Below are positions 35,457 to 46,981 of a stretch of DNA of 64,000 bases, in pieces. Numbering within the stretch: the stretch's first letter is position 1; each line of letters starts with the position of its first letter. The stretch comes from Rhizophagus irregularis (lineage: Eukaryota). The notes below the pieces were generated by a model, which saw only the letters and a program-made list of their open reading frames with translations, searched no databases and was not told the DNA's origin. Made by a program: the position numbers and the translations under genes. The stretch lies in contig NC_089433.1 in the NCBI RefSeq assembly GCF_026210795.1, positions 62,001 through 126,000 on the forward strand, written 5' to 3'.

Positions 35457-37577
35457 TTAAATAGAAGAAGCTGAATCAGCTTGTTCTAGGGGAGCACCAC
35501 CAATGGAGCTAATGAATTGTTTGATATGACCAGTAAGTTGGTCCAATTTACTTTCAATAACGACTCTACTATTTTTGAGATCATTAATTTCTTCTTGCGT
35601 GGAGGAGATAGGGGTAAAAGGAGGAGCATTTGGAGAAAGGTGAGAAGAAGGAAGTGATGTGTCAGGAATAATAGTGAATGTAGGCGAAGGTCGCGTTAAA
35701 ATGCTTTTGGGGGGCAGTGAAGATTTAGCGGAAGACTGAATATTAAGCGGAACATGAGTTACAGGGGCATCTTCTTGCATGAGGTCCGGTTCAGGTTCAT
35801 TGGGCACAGGAAGTGGATCGAGGCCAAGGTGTGATTCAATACGAGTCATCCGTTGGTCAGCAAGTTCAAGAGCGGAGATGCGTTTGTGAAAGTTGGCAAC
35901 TTCACATTGTAATTCTCGCAAAAGGTTTAAAATGTTATTAGCATCATCAGGAGATAATGCAGAGTTAGGAGTTTGTCGGGGTAAGGGACGTGCTGTAGAA
36001 CGAGAGGAGGAAGAAAAGGAGACCGATCGTTCTTTGCTATTATGGCGGGCACGTTGAGAGGTATTGGGAGGGGGTTTGTTATGATTATTAGCATTATTAG
36101 TGCGGTCGTGGGAAACGTTATTGGCTCGTCCAGAATTGGGAACAGATCGATCTTTAGATTTGGAGCGAGATCGAGAGCGAGAACGTGCATTGGCAGTATT
36201 AGAATTGGAGCGATGAGGTTGATTAACATTAAATCGTTCTTTGAGTTTTGCAACAGGGTCGCGAGTGCGACTTCTACCTCTGGTTTGTTTGAGTGGGCAA
36301 AAATTTGGAGCACAACCTAATTTGCCACATCTGCGACAAAGTTTGTTAGTATTATCTGGGGAGGACCAGAAAAGCACTTTGCCTTGGAAGCTGACAGTCT
36401 GTTCCATAGCAGCATCCATGGTTTCTTGGGAATTGAAGGTGACATAAGCCCATCTTTTGGGCTTGTAAGAGTTTAGAGAAAGCGGCACATTGACAGCTTT
36501 AGCGCCAAGGCTACGAGTAAGGGGAGCCAAATTGATATCCTTAACATTGGGGGGAAGTTGGGTGAGGGTGGCAACGTATTGACGGCGCGCAGCCTTTCGG
36601 TCCACAGTATAAGAACATGGAGTAATTCTGAGGCAGGTGGAGAAACAGTATACAGCCCATTGGTCGGTAAAACGAGCGATAGAATCGGCGTGATCATAAA
36701 CAATGCGGGCTTGCTGAACTTTGGCATTAGGCCTGGAGAAAAGGCGGCAAGAGGTGATATTACCAAATTTCTTAAAATAAGCCATGAGGTTGTCTTTTTT
36801 AATGAAGAAAGGGATATCGGTAACTTGGATAGCCCGGAGATCTTCATTGGATCGGAGTTGGCGAGGGCTCATGTGCATGAAAGATTAAGTCGGAGAACTC
36901 AGGATGGGTGGAACCAACGCACAAATCGCGTGCTTCAGCTGTATGGAAGTGGATAACGAGGCGTTTGGCTTCACCAGAGCCAGTCATACGTGCTTTTCCA
37001 GTAAACGACTCGTAAGTTTCTAAAAAAAGGTTATTAACAGCCTCAATAAGGGCTTTGTTGGTAGGGAATTTCTTAAGAGATTCAGGGGCAGCATTCGGTG
37101 CAGCCGCAGCCTGAAAATCTTCTCTGGTTATGGCGGAAGGCCACCACTGGATCTGAGATGATCGTCATCTGGAGCACCATTGGTATCCAAATTGGGCGAC
37201 GCGTTAGGGGGTTGTTGCAAGTCTTTGTTTAAAGGTGCGTGCGTGGACGCGTCCACATTTCCAGAAGACGCGACGTGACTGGGCGCAGTTGGCGCAGCAG
37301 ATTTTTTCGGGGAGGAGGTCAAAGTATTTTCGCCAGAGATATTTTGTTGAGGAGAAGAGGAAAAACCATCTACTCCAACGTCAGCCGTCTGGTCATCGGC
37401 AACGTAGTCTTCTTCCATAGAATTTTCGGTAATCGTGCGATTACGTTTCTGCTGGACAGTGTTTTTACCATCGGAGCTTGAGTTATCAGAGTTATTATTT
37501 TTTCGTTCTTGACGGGAAGCTTTCCTACTGTTAGGGTTATGACTTCCACGGCCTCTCTTGGCATAGTTACCAGACAT
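35457..37577 (-). pseudogene. LINE ORF1 (two RRM-like domains, Cys knuckle, RS tract, coiled coil), frameshifted
   Basis: ORFs 37128-37577 and 35457-36878 are bridged by a third frame (SAITREDFQAAAAP..LIFHAH), implying frameshifts near 37140 and 36870. KRWAYVTF is RNP1-like; CRRCGKLGCAPNFC. Confidence 0.85.
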
Positions 37578-38469
37578 AGTAGAGGGCTTTGAGTTGGGAA
37601 TATATAAAATATAAAATTTTATTAGTAGCTTGTAATATTATTTTTTTAAAAATAATAAAAATTATTTTTCGTCGAAAATTATCGTTTTTTGAAAAATTCA
37701 GGAGAGAGTTACTGGTTAAAAACACTGGTCAAAAACCAATATATCGGGTAGCAGATATGTATCAGATATGTACCCGATATGTGTAGTATTAATGCAGAAA
37801 ATCGGGTACCCGATATGTGTAAGATATATGTAAATATATATATCATATACATATCGGGTACCGATATGTATATGATATGTAAATGATATGTAGACGATAT
37901 ATATATTTACACATATTTTACACATATTGGGTACCCAATTTTCTGCATTAATACTACACATATCGGGTACATATCTGATACATATCTGCTACCCGATATA
38001 TTGGTTTTTGACTAGTGTTATGAATTCAGCTGAAATTATTAGTAAAATCAAATCTGAGATCTGAATCAAATCTGTCAGATTAAATCTGATCAGATTCAGA
38101 TTATAAATAAACCTAATCTAAATCTGATTTGATTTGATCTGATTTGATCTGAAGCTAATCTGATTTGTTTAGATCAAATTTTTTTTGATTTGAATTTGAA
38201 CTGCAGATTAAATTTATCTAATCTGATCAGATCAGATTTTTTTCAGAGCACTACTAGTAGTTCAATTTTGATGAACATTTTTTTAAATTGTAGAACTAAA
38301 TGAGGGTTACAAAATAAAAAAAGATCATTAAAATTGAATCACTGAATGCTGAGTTATTTACAAAAAATAATTTTTTGAGTTTCAGCAAAAAGGAGTATTT
38401 TTGGTCAAAAGTCTATTATGACTTTTATATTAGATATCTGAGGTCCTTTGAAAATACTTGCAAATAACC

Positions 38470-39420
38470 ATGAAAAAGTATCTTTTATTTCATCTGAAAC
38501 TATGGCAGTTGCAGCAAGACAAGAACGATTGTAATCATCTCTCAATATTACAATACACAAAATTATAGAATACTAGCAGTTAGTTTTTACTATTGTATCA
38601 GTCAAGCAAAATAACATCATGAAAACGAGCTTATAGTAGTTCTTATTGATTTAAACTTATCTAACAAAGTCCAACAAAATAATTATCATAACCTTCAAAA
38701 TATACATCAACATGAAAAGTTGAATTTTCTTGTTAGTTTATAAATGCAAGATACATTGAACTGGTATTATTACTTGTAGTCTGATTTTGGTATCGAAGTG
38801 TTTGAACCAAATTGTAAATGTTACATGTATGAATATATTTTTCTGGATATTTGTACTGTAATACTTTGATAATTGCACTAGCATGCATTCCATAGATAGC
38901 AAAAAGTACAACATCATCATACATTTTTGGAGTAAACTTGCAAAAGTGAGATGTAAATATCCTAATATTATTTATTAAATCATGATTATATTCACCATCA
39001 ATTTTTGTAATATGGACAAGATTGTTTTTTTTTAGCAATAAGCATTAATATAAAACTTGCAGTAGTTATATAATGTCGTCTTTTATTAATATAATTTTCA
39101 TCTGTATATGTATTTTTTTGCTAATTGTATGATTGGTTTTTTGAATATGTATAAATATGAGCGTTTTGCAGTAGAAAGGGACGAAACTACTAAAAAAATT
39201 CAAATTTTCTTTTATATACCAAAAATATTCTAAATGCTATAATTTATTCAGATTTTATATTAACTCATTTTTTATTTTTTTTTAATAGTTTCGTCCCTTT
39301 TTACTGCAAATGCCTATATGATGCCAAGAAAAACCATCTTCTTTATCTTTATCACTATGAGTAATTGTGAATGCAAAACCTTGTTCTAACTCATAATTTT
39401 CAAGCAATTTTAAATGGTAA
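38470..39420 (-). pseudogene. Highly decayed MULE/FAR1-type transposase remnant
   Basis: QGFAFTITHSDKDKEDG (~39330-39390) and ITKIDGEYNHDL..KFTPKM..YPEKYIHTCNIYN; many stops. Confidence 0.6.
39159..39315. mobile_element. Small MITE inside the MULE remnant
   Basis: TIR GCGTTTTGCAGTAGAAAGGGACGAAACTA / TAGTTTCGTCCCTTTTTACTGCAAATGC; possible ATAT TSD. Confidence 0.65.
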
Positions 39421-40004
39421 AATAAAAAAATTTTTTTTTAATATTATGTTATTAAAAAGAATAAATATGCAATGATAACAAAATACGAAAAATTCAGTAA
39501 AAACTTACTTGTCAAGTTTTTTTCCAGTTTGTAAATGTCATTTCAAGTGTAATAGAATAAAGTAGCTCATTTCTTTATAGTTATTTTCAAAAAACTTATT
39601 TAAAACTTCTTTTTTGCTTAAAATAGTTGTTTGCGTATCATCAAAAGTATCTTTTAGAGTTTCAAAATTATTAGTATATATGTTTATATACATTTTTTTA
39701 ATATGAAGCGTGTGAGAAGTCATATTAAAATAATAGATAAAATAAAACTGATAATCTGACATAAAAATTAAGATAAAAAACTACTGAACAAATAAAAATA
39801 ATGTAATATAATACAACTGGTCGTATCTAAACAGTTTGATGTAATTGGTGTAACTGATAAACAATAACCAATAAATAAATACTGAGTGATAATATAATGT
39901 GATATTGAATATCGCAGTGTGATTTATAATTTTTGAAATTAGTAATATATTTTATTATAAATTAAGTGATAAATAAATATTAAATTATTTAAATTATTAA
40001 AAAA

Positions 40005-40622
40005 GGATAAATCTAATTGTAACAACTTGTTATGCATCTTATTTGTAACAACTCCAATTTTATCCAATTAAAATTTAAGATCAGGCATAATGTAAATAAA
40101 AACAAAAGATCAGTTGTGTAACTAAGACAAAAAATTTTTAAAAAAATTTCAAGAAACTACTTATAACTTAAAATTTTGTCTATGAAACTGTCTTAAATAT
40201 ATTAAGTAAAAGTTTTTCAAATTAAATTTAGTATATAAAAATTTTCTTTGTAAAGTGCATACTAAATTGGGATTAAAATTTGAATGCATCTGCATTTTAA
40301 ACACACCCCTTTTTTGGAAATTTTTATATAATAAAAATGCTGATTATTTATCACATGATACCGGCGAATTTCTGATTTTTTTGAATAAACGCAATTTATA
40401 CTTTATACACTTATAAATAAACTCACATTATATGCATATTTTTGCCTCCTCTACAACTTTACTTACTATGACTTAAAACTTTATTTTTGACTTATACCAT
40501 AGGGGTGCGTTCAAATGCAGGTGTGTTTAAATTTTAAACCCTACTAAATTTATTATTAAAAAAAATAAAAAAAGGATGTTACAAATAAAATATGTAATAA
40601 GTTGTTACAAATACATTTATTC
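40005..40622. mobile_element. MULE-like MITE in the left foldback arm
   Basis: ~50-bp TIRs (GGATAAATCTAATTGTAACAAC..); 9-bp TSD ATTAAAAAA; absent from the mirror arm. Confidence 0.75.
40269..40541. mobile_element. MULE-like MITE nested in the previous MITE
   Basis: TIR GGGATTAAAATTTGAATGCATCTGCATTTTAAACACACCCCT and its mirror; perfect 9-bp TSD TACTAAATT. Confidence 0.88.
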
Positions 40623-41389
40623 ATTAAAAAAAATAATTATTTTAATAGTTTATAATTAATTTTATTTAGGTAATATATTTAATAATTACTATAATTATAA
40701 GATTAATATATATATAATTAAAAATATTAAAAAAAAAATATTTTTGTAATAAAATTACTAAATTTTTTCATAATGAGAGAAACATTTTTTTTAAAAAAAA
40801 TGAAGTGGTCAGGTTTGTAGATCAGAAATAATTAATTGTCAAAGATTGGTAATAATCTTTATTTTATATATAAAGAGAATATTTCATTTAATAACTTCGC
40901 ATCTAATAATCACAAAAAAATGAAACAGAGCTCATCAAAATTGTCTCATCAAGACGATTCTAATAGTAGTTGTTTTAGTTTCATATCTTTAAGTATGATA
41001 GATGAGAAGTAATTCTCAAAAATGTAACAGATCAGTATTCTATTTTTAGTATTTATTATATTATACAGGACCCCAGAAAATACTTATATAGGTAAGGTCC
41101 CAAAATTATTTTTTATTAGTAGCTCTAAGTATAGGTTTTTACTATAATCGCTAAGCATTGTTGATATCTAACCTTAAAAATTATATAAAAATAAGCAAAT
41201 CAATCTTCTAACCTAATTAAATTTTTATTATAACACATATATATAATTTATAAGATATATTTATTAATTAATATATTTTATTAAATCCAATTTTAAATAT
41301 GTTGTGAAGGTAAACTAAACATAATATACAAGTAGATTAACAATATTCAATTAATAAAGTTAATAAACAGTAAGAGAAAAATTTGAAAT

Positions 41390-41900
41390 TAATACTATTA
41401 CAAAAAATGTAAATTTCTCCATAAGTATTATACTTACACCTATAAACATTAATATGTAGGTAGTTTCGACCTTACTGAACAATTTTCAATTAATTTAGAA
41501 AGTCGATTTCATTTAACCAAAGAGGTGTAATTACGCTCTGAAGTTGTAAACGAAGAAATGAAAAATTCAGAAGTTAGTACCGTTATGAAAAATGCACTTT
41601 TCTTCATAAGTAATATACCCACACTCATGAAAATTAATATATAAGTAGTTTCGACCATGCTGAACAACTTTCAATTAATTTAGAAAGTCGATTTCATTTG
41701 ACTGAAGTGGTGTAATTATGCTCTGAAGTTATAAACAAAAAAGTGAAAAATTTAAAAGTTATTACCGTTAAAAAAAATATGCTTTTCTATATAAATATCA
41801 TACTTAGCCTTATAAAAATTAAAATACAAGTAGATTTAACTTGCTAAACAAACTTACATAAGCATAAAAGATAATTCGATATAACCAAAGTGGTGAGTAG
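41390..41900. repeat. About three copies of a ~185-bp degenerate repeat
   Basis: TAGTTTCGACC..CTGAACAA..TTAATTTAGAAAGTCGATTTCATT..CTCTGAAGTT; the same family recurs at 61800-63000. Confidence 0.75.
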
Positions 41901-41973
41901 TGAAATTATATTTTAAAGTAAAACATATTTATAGTAATTTTATTTAACAAAATAAACATGTATAATATAGTAA

Positions 41974-42347
41974 TCTATCTTCTATATATTAAAAAACACT
42001 GCAATCACGTGGGCGTTATGTTTAGATTAACCATATAAATAAGTCATTTGAATTGTGTAACCCTACTCCTATTCGTCGCCAATGTTACACAAGACCAAAA
42101 AAGGAAATTTTATTTCTGGCGAAAAACTGAAATTTGGGTTACGCAGAGTTCCATAAAAGGAAATTGACAGTTACACTAATTTCCAAAAAAGGAAATTTTA
42201 TCTTCTGTTACTTTTCAGAGAAATTTAAAAAATTGTGTTGCTCGAAATTTTCAAAAAGGAAATTCTTTGCAGATCTTTTAATTCTGGCCGGAATTATGCC
42301 ATTTTAATACATTATTAACCGTTGTCGTGAAACGGCGGTGAAACTAT
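41974..42347 (+). mobile_element. Probable non-autonomous Helitron
   Basis: 5' A|TCTATCTTCTATATATTAAAA; 3' hairpin ACCGTTGT-CGTGAA-ACGGCGGT followed by GAAACTAT (CTAG variant); no TSD. Confidence 0.6.
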
Positions 42348-43098
42348 TTTATTTTATTAAAAATTAAAAATAACACTTTGAGTTTAATAAAAATTAAAAA
42401 GATACTATTAACAGATAATTAATAAAATATTGAAAAAAAAAATGAAATTTCATCAAAAAAAATTTTTGTTTATGTATTTATATAAAATTGTGAAATGTAG
42501 TACAAAATTAACACTCACCGTTAGTGAAAATAAAATTATAAATTCAATATATAATATTTTAAAAAGTTATATAAATATGAAAATAAGCAACTAAAAACTC
42601 TTAGTATTTTAAAATAATACCAAAAATATGCAATTTAATTATCTTATTTTATTATAAGATAAAATTTTCTTAAAATTAAGCATTATAAAATTCTTACATC
42701 CTAAAACTTTACTATTGGCTCAAGCACCTGTACCTTACATATATAAGCATTTTTCAGGTATCCTTATTATACAGACAAGCTTTTGATATTTAGTAAATCT
42801 CATCTATCATGTCTAGAGATATGAAACAACTACTATTGGATTCGTTTTAAGCAATAAGACAATTTCAATGAGCTGTATTTCAACTTTTTTTGATTATTAG
42901 ATGAGAAATTAAATGCCAAAATATCTGTGTAATATAATAAATACTAAAAATAAAATACTGATCTGTTACATTTTTAAGGATTACTTCTTATCTATCACAT
43001 CTAGAAATATAAAACAACTACCATTAGAATCGACTTGATGAGACAATTATGATGAACTCTATTTCATTTTTCTGTGATTATTAGATGCAAAGTTATTA

Positions 43099-43522
43099 TT
43101 GCCATTTTCAGAAATGTTGACAATCTGAAATTTTGACCATTTTATACCGAACACACCGAACACACCGTGAACACATACAAAAAATTATGCAAACTTGAAG
43201 TATTCATGCATAACTTTATATAAAAACTATTTTTGTCACTTTTTAGATATAAATAAAATTGAAAATATGAAAATTTGTACCGAACACACACCGAACACAA
43301 ACGAACACACCGAACATTGGCAAATACAAGCAAATACAAGTGAATACATATACATTTTTTTATGCACACTACCTAAAAATATATTACTAAAGTTTTAATT
43401 TTGCTTTTTTTAAAGGAAAATTTGTTTTTTTTAATTTTAATTGCTGTGTTCGGTGTGTGTTCGGTGTGTTCGATTTATAGAAATGATCGACATTCTAATG
43501 TCAACATTTCTGAAAACGGCAA
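43099..43522. mobile_element. MITE with TTGCC termini and CCGAACACA subterminal repeats
   Basis: TIR TTGCCATTTTCAGAAATGTTGACA / TGTCAACATTTCTGAAAACGGCAA; empty site visible in the mirror arm (~40890). Confidence 0.8.
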
Positions 43523-44059
43523 TAAATGAAATATTCTCTTTCTATATAAAATGAAGATCATTACTAATCTTTAATAATTAATTATTTTTGATCTACAAAC
43601 TTGACTACTTCATTTTTTTTAAAAAAATGTTTCTCTCATCATGAAAAATTTAGTAATTTTATTACAAAAATATTTTTTTTTTTAATATTTTTAATTATAT
43701 ATATATTAATCTTATAATTTTATATATATTAATATAGTAATTATTAAATATATTACCTAAATAAAATTAATTATAAACTATTAAAATAATTGATTTTTTT
43801 TAATAAATTAGACCATTTAATATTTATTATCACTTAATTTATAATAAAACATATTACTAATTTTTATTAAATGTTTAATTTATTAAAAAATATAAAAATC
43901 ACAAAAGTAATGCATCACATTTTTTTGATAAATTGTATTATACTTGAAAAATTAACAAATTAATCTACATTAAATCTAGTACATTTTGGTAGTTTATGTG
44001 ATAAATAATTTATATTTCAAATTTTATCTTGATTGGTTTTAATTTGATGTCAATACATG

Positions 44060-44303
44060 TAAGGTTGCTTGCTGAAACTTAGGGGTTTAGGCAAGATGGC
44101 ATTTTACCGAAAAGCGAAATTCTGCTGAAACTATATTAAAGTTATATTAAAAAACTGGTGAAACTTTAGAGAAAGGCGAAACTGCCAAAACTTATTATAA
44201 ATGCCGAAACTGCTGAAACTCTGCCAAAACTATAATAAATCTATAGTAAAATTTTGATGAAACTAATCGTAGAATTTTGAAGAGGTTTAGACAAGTAACC
44301 TTA
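44060..44303. mobile_element. hAT MITE related to the 10386-15128 family
   Basis: TAAGGTTGCTTGCTGAAAC..ACAAGTAACCTTA; TSD AATACATG / AATATATG. Confidence 0.88.
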
Positions 44304-44313
44304 AATATATGTA

Positions 44314-45257
44314 TGGGCTGGTGTAAAAAGATTGGTACCTCACCCGAAAAGGAAAGGATTTTACACCAAGAAAAATACCGTATGACTAAAACAAAATGGG
44401 CTGAAAAAAATATATATATTACAATGACTTCGAATAAACATTTTTACTTATATTTTTTTACCCTACTATGGATAGTTTCTCTACAAAATGAAGCAATGCA
44501 TCACTAACTGATAACGAAAAGTTGATGATAATTAATGTTTACAATTATTTTTTGAAGGCTAACTTTAAAAAGGAGGATTATCATCAGGTCACATTATGCA
44601 AGTGTATTGCTGAGGTGTTTGGACATAGGGGAAAGTACAGTTGGGAGGGTAGTTTCAAACTGGAAAAGCCATAGAGATAATACTTTTACACTACACAAAA
44701 TGCTTAAATATCCTAAATTACAATTGAATGGTTAAATTCTCATGAATTAAGAAAATCAGAACTTTTGAAGCTGGTTCAAATAAACAAAGAAAAGGTTCCA
44801 TTTTCTTGTGTTAACATTGCAGAACAATATGAATATAAAGTTAAATTTACCCCTCCATACCATAATTGTGAACTCCAACCTATTAAAGGTGTTTAATCAG
44901 TTGTAAAAGGTAAAGTTGCATGCTCAAGTCCACACCCAAACCTTTTATTTATTAGAAATTCACTTTTAAATGTATTTAAAAAAAAATTTTCTTCAAAGAT
45001 TATTGTAGGACTTCGGGAAAGAGCTTTTAAAAATGTTAAGAAATATTTTGAATCTGATAAAAATATACAATTAATTGATGAAGAATTTGACGCTCATAGT
45101 AGTTCTGATGAGTATTACATGACATGACATAATATTTATATTGTATTTTTTCCAATACATACTGATAATATTAAATAAATAAAAAAAAATATTTATATAA
45201 TAAAATTTTTTTTTATTGATGCAATGTTTGAGGTACCAATCTTTTTGCACCAGCCCA
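44314..45257 (+). mobile_element. Decayed Tc1/mariner-IS630 element
   Basis: 29-bp TIR TGGGCTGGTGTAAAAAGATTGGTACCTCA flanked by TA; remnant FTPPYH.CELQPI motif at ~44845-44890. Confidence 0.85.
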
Positions 45258-45759
45258 TAATTAAAATTAATATTTAAAGTAATGCATAATATATGTGAGC
45301 TACTGTAGCATTTATACAACATATTAAATATGATTAGCATAGATTTTATTGTTATAAATACATGCATTCCAAATTAATGTAATAATAGACAATTTAATAA
45401 AGTATTTATTAAAAAAAGTTATCTTATTGTTTAGTTTAAGGTTTTATTCTATTGTGAATCAATATTTGTATCTGAGTGTATATGCTAGTGTATGCATTAC
45501 CGTATTCACATTTGATTAAATTTACATTATAAATTGATTAACAGTAATACATTTATTAGTATTTTAATATACTTTATTTCACTACGCATTTATTAACATT
45601 TATCTTATTTATTATATATGCTTATTTTTATAAGCATTCAAAAATTGGTATAACAATATTAACAATTGGTTTGAATAAGTGATTAACATTAATTAGCCTT
45701 TTCTTGTTATACTATTTTCCTTTTTTAGCTAATGAAAATTGTCAATTCTTTATATTTAA

Positions 45760-46200
45760 GCATGTCTGGAATGTATGTCAGGTTGATGATACAATATGGT
45801 GCAGTAATTTCAAAAAAATTGAAGTTAAAGATTTTCTTTTTGATGTAAAGCTTTCAAATTTATACATTAGATGTATTTTCATCTGTTTTACAAAATTCAC
45901 TTATAAATGGAAGGAGGTTTTGGAAGTAGATTTTGACTTTAATATATAACAACCAATTTTATCGTCTGCCAATTATTTTCAAAATTGGATTTGTTAAAAA
46001 AATAGTTTTTGTTAAATAACTTGAAAATGGCCTTCTAAACCACTTGTATATTCTCTAAGTAAATTTGCAGAGTGGACAAAAATACATCTAAGGTAGGAAT
46101 TTAAAGGTTTTATTTTAAATAAAAAACATTATAGTTTAATTTTTTTGGAAAATCGCTGCGCCATACTGCACCATCAACCTGGCACACATTTCAGACATGC
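45760..46200. mobile_element. MULE-like MITE
   Basis: ~60-bp TIRs GCATGTCTGGAATG.. / ..CATTTCAGACATGC; perfect 9-bp TSD TATATTTAA. Confidence 0.85.
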
Positions 46201-46289
46201 TATATTTAATCACTCATTTTTTTTTCTTCATTACTAATTCGCTAGGCATAATTATTTTCTTACACACAACTAAACAAAAAATCTTATAC

Positions 46290-46485
46290 CAGATGATAAG
46301 AAAAGAGAGAAAGAAAGGTCCTGTTTAGATGCATTTCATTATTGTAAATAAATGTAACAATTCGCATCCTTCTGTACAATGCATATACTGTTCCAAAAAT
46401 TGTCAACGAGCCATTCCTATGCATGCTCATCTTGACAAATGTTTAAAAGCACCAAGTAATGCAAAATCGCAATCTGCAAAATGAC
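46290..46485 (+). pseudogene. BED zinc-finger (hAT) remnant
   Basis: RKKGPV*MHF..VQCIYC..MHAHLDKC. Confidence 0.55.
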
Positions 46486-46981
46486 CAACAATTAATGAAT
46501 TAAGGTGCCGGGAAAGTAAAGATCAGAATGCTAATGTATTATTATCTTCATATCATTTATCTCAACATCTTCAGCCACTTTTCAAGCTACAAAATAGTGA
46601 AGAAATGAATATGCAAATAGAGTATAGTAGCCAACCAGAATCTTTAAGTAATATACATAGGTTCTTGTTATCAGTATGGAATAGGGATTGAAAAAAATGA
46701 AATTAAATATAGTAAATAGTAAATAAAAGAGGATAAAATCGATAATTAAAAAAAAAAATGTCAATATTTATTAATACTAGAAATTTTGTTTATAAAAAAT
46801 ATAATATTTATTTACTTATAATTTAAATTTTAAACAATTTTAATAAAAATTGATCGTGTAAATGAATTTTTATTTACTGCCATTTTTTTTCACCACTACT
46901 GTTTTAAAAAAATGAGCCAACCTAACACTAACTAACCCATATCACAATAAATTTACAGAATAATTACTTTTATTTGAAGAA

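Larger units (their letters stand above)
29523..37721 (-). mobile_element. Full-length LINE (~8.2 kb; ORF1 plus APE-RT-RNase H ORF2)
   Basis: Two ORFs 50 bp apart; flanked by direct repeat ACACTGGTCAAAAACCA (29506-29522, 37722-37738); no poly(A) at the 3' junction. Confidence 0.92.
29507..38017. mobile_element. CACTA (CMC/EnSpm) MITE, ~295-bp foldback at 37723-38017, original left terminus at 29507
   Basis: Starts CACTG, ends TAGTG; >100-bp TIRs; 3-bp TSD TTA at 29504-29506 and 38018-38020. Confidence 0.85.
28428..38253. mobile_element. Non-autonomous hAT-like element with (ATCTG)n subterminal repeats, carrying nested insertions
   Basis: Ends TAGTGCTC / GAGCACTA; 8-bp TSD CTAGTGGT / CTAGTAGT (1 mismatch); AGATC/ATCTG repeats at both ends. 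Confidence 0.85.
28318..38444. mobile_element. Foldback MITE (~290 bp without inserts), outer shell of a nested stack
   Basis: ACCTCAGATATCT..CTCAAAAAATCATTTTTTGTAAATATCTCAGCAT is mirrored by ATGCTGAGTTATTTACAAAAAATAATTTTTTGAG..AGATATCTGAGGT. No clear TSD. Confidence 0.65.
39940..43860. mobile_element. Large AT-rich foldback element (arms ~39940-41070 and ~42925-43860)
   Basis: 40630-41065 is the near-exact reverse complement of 42930-43800 once arm-specific inserts are removed. Outer ends not resolved. Confidence 0.75.

Noticed and set aside
30362..37564. Short antisense and alternate-frame ORFs within the LINE
   Set aside because: Shadows of ORF1 and ORF2 with no independent motifs.
29506..37738. 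LTR retrotransposon or bacterial RT system (retron, DGR, group II intron)
   Set aside because: The flanking repeats are only 17 bp, there is no integrase or protease, and APE-RT-RNase H-CCHC is a LINE architecture.
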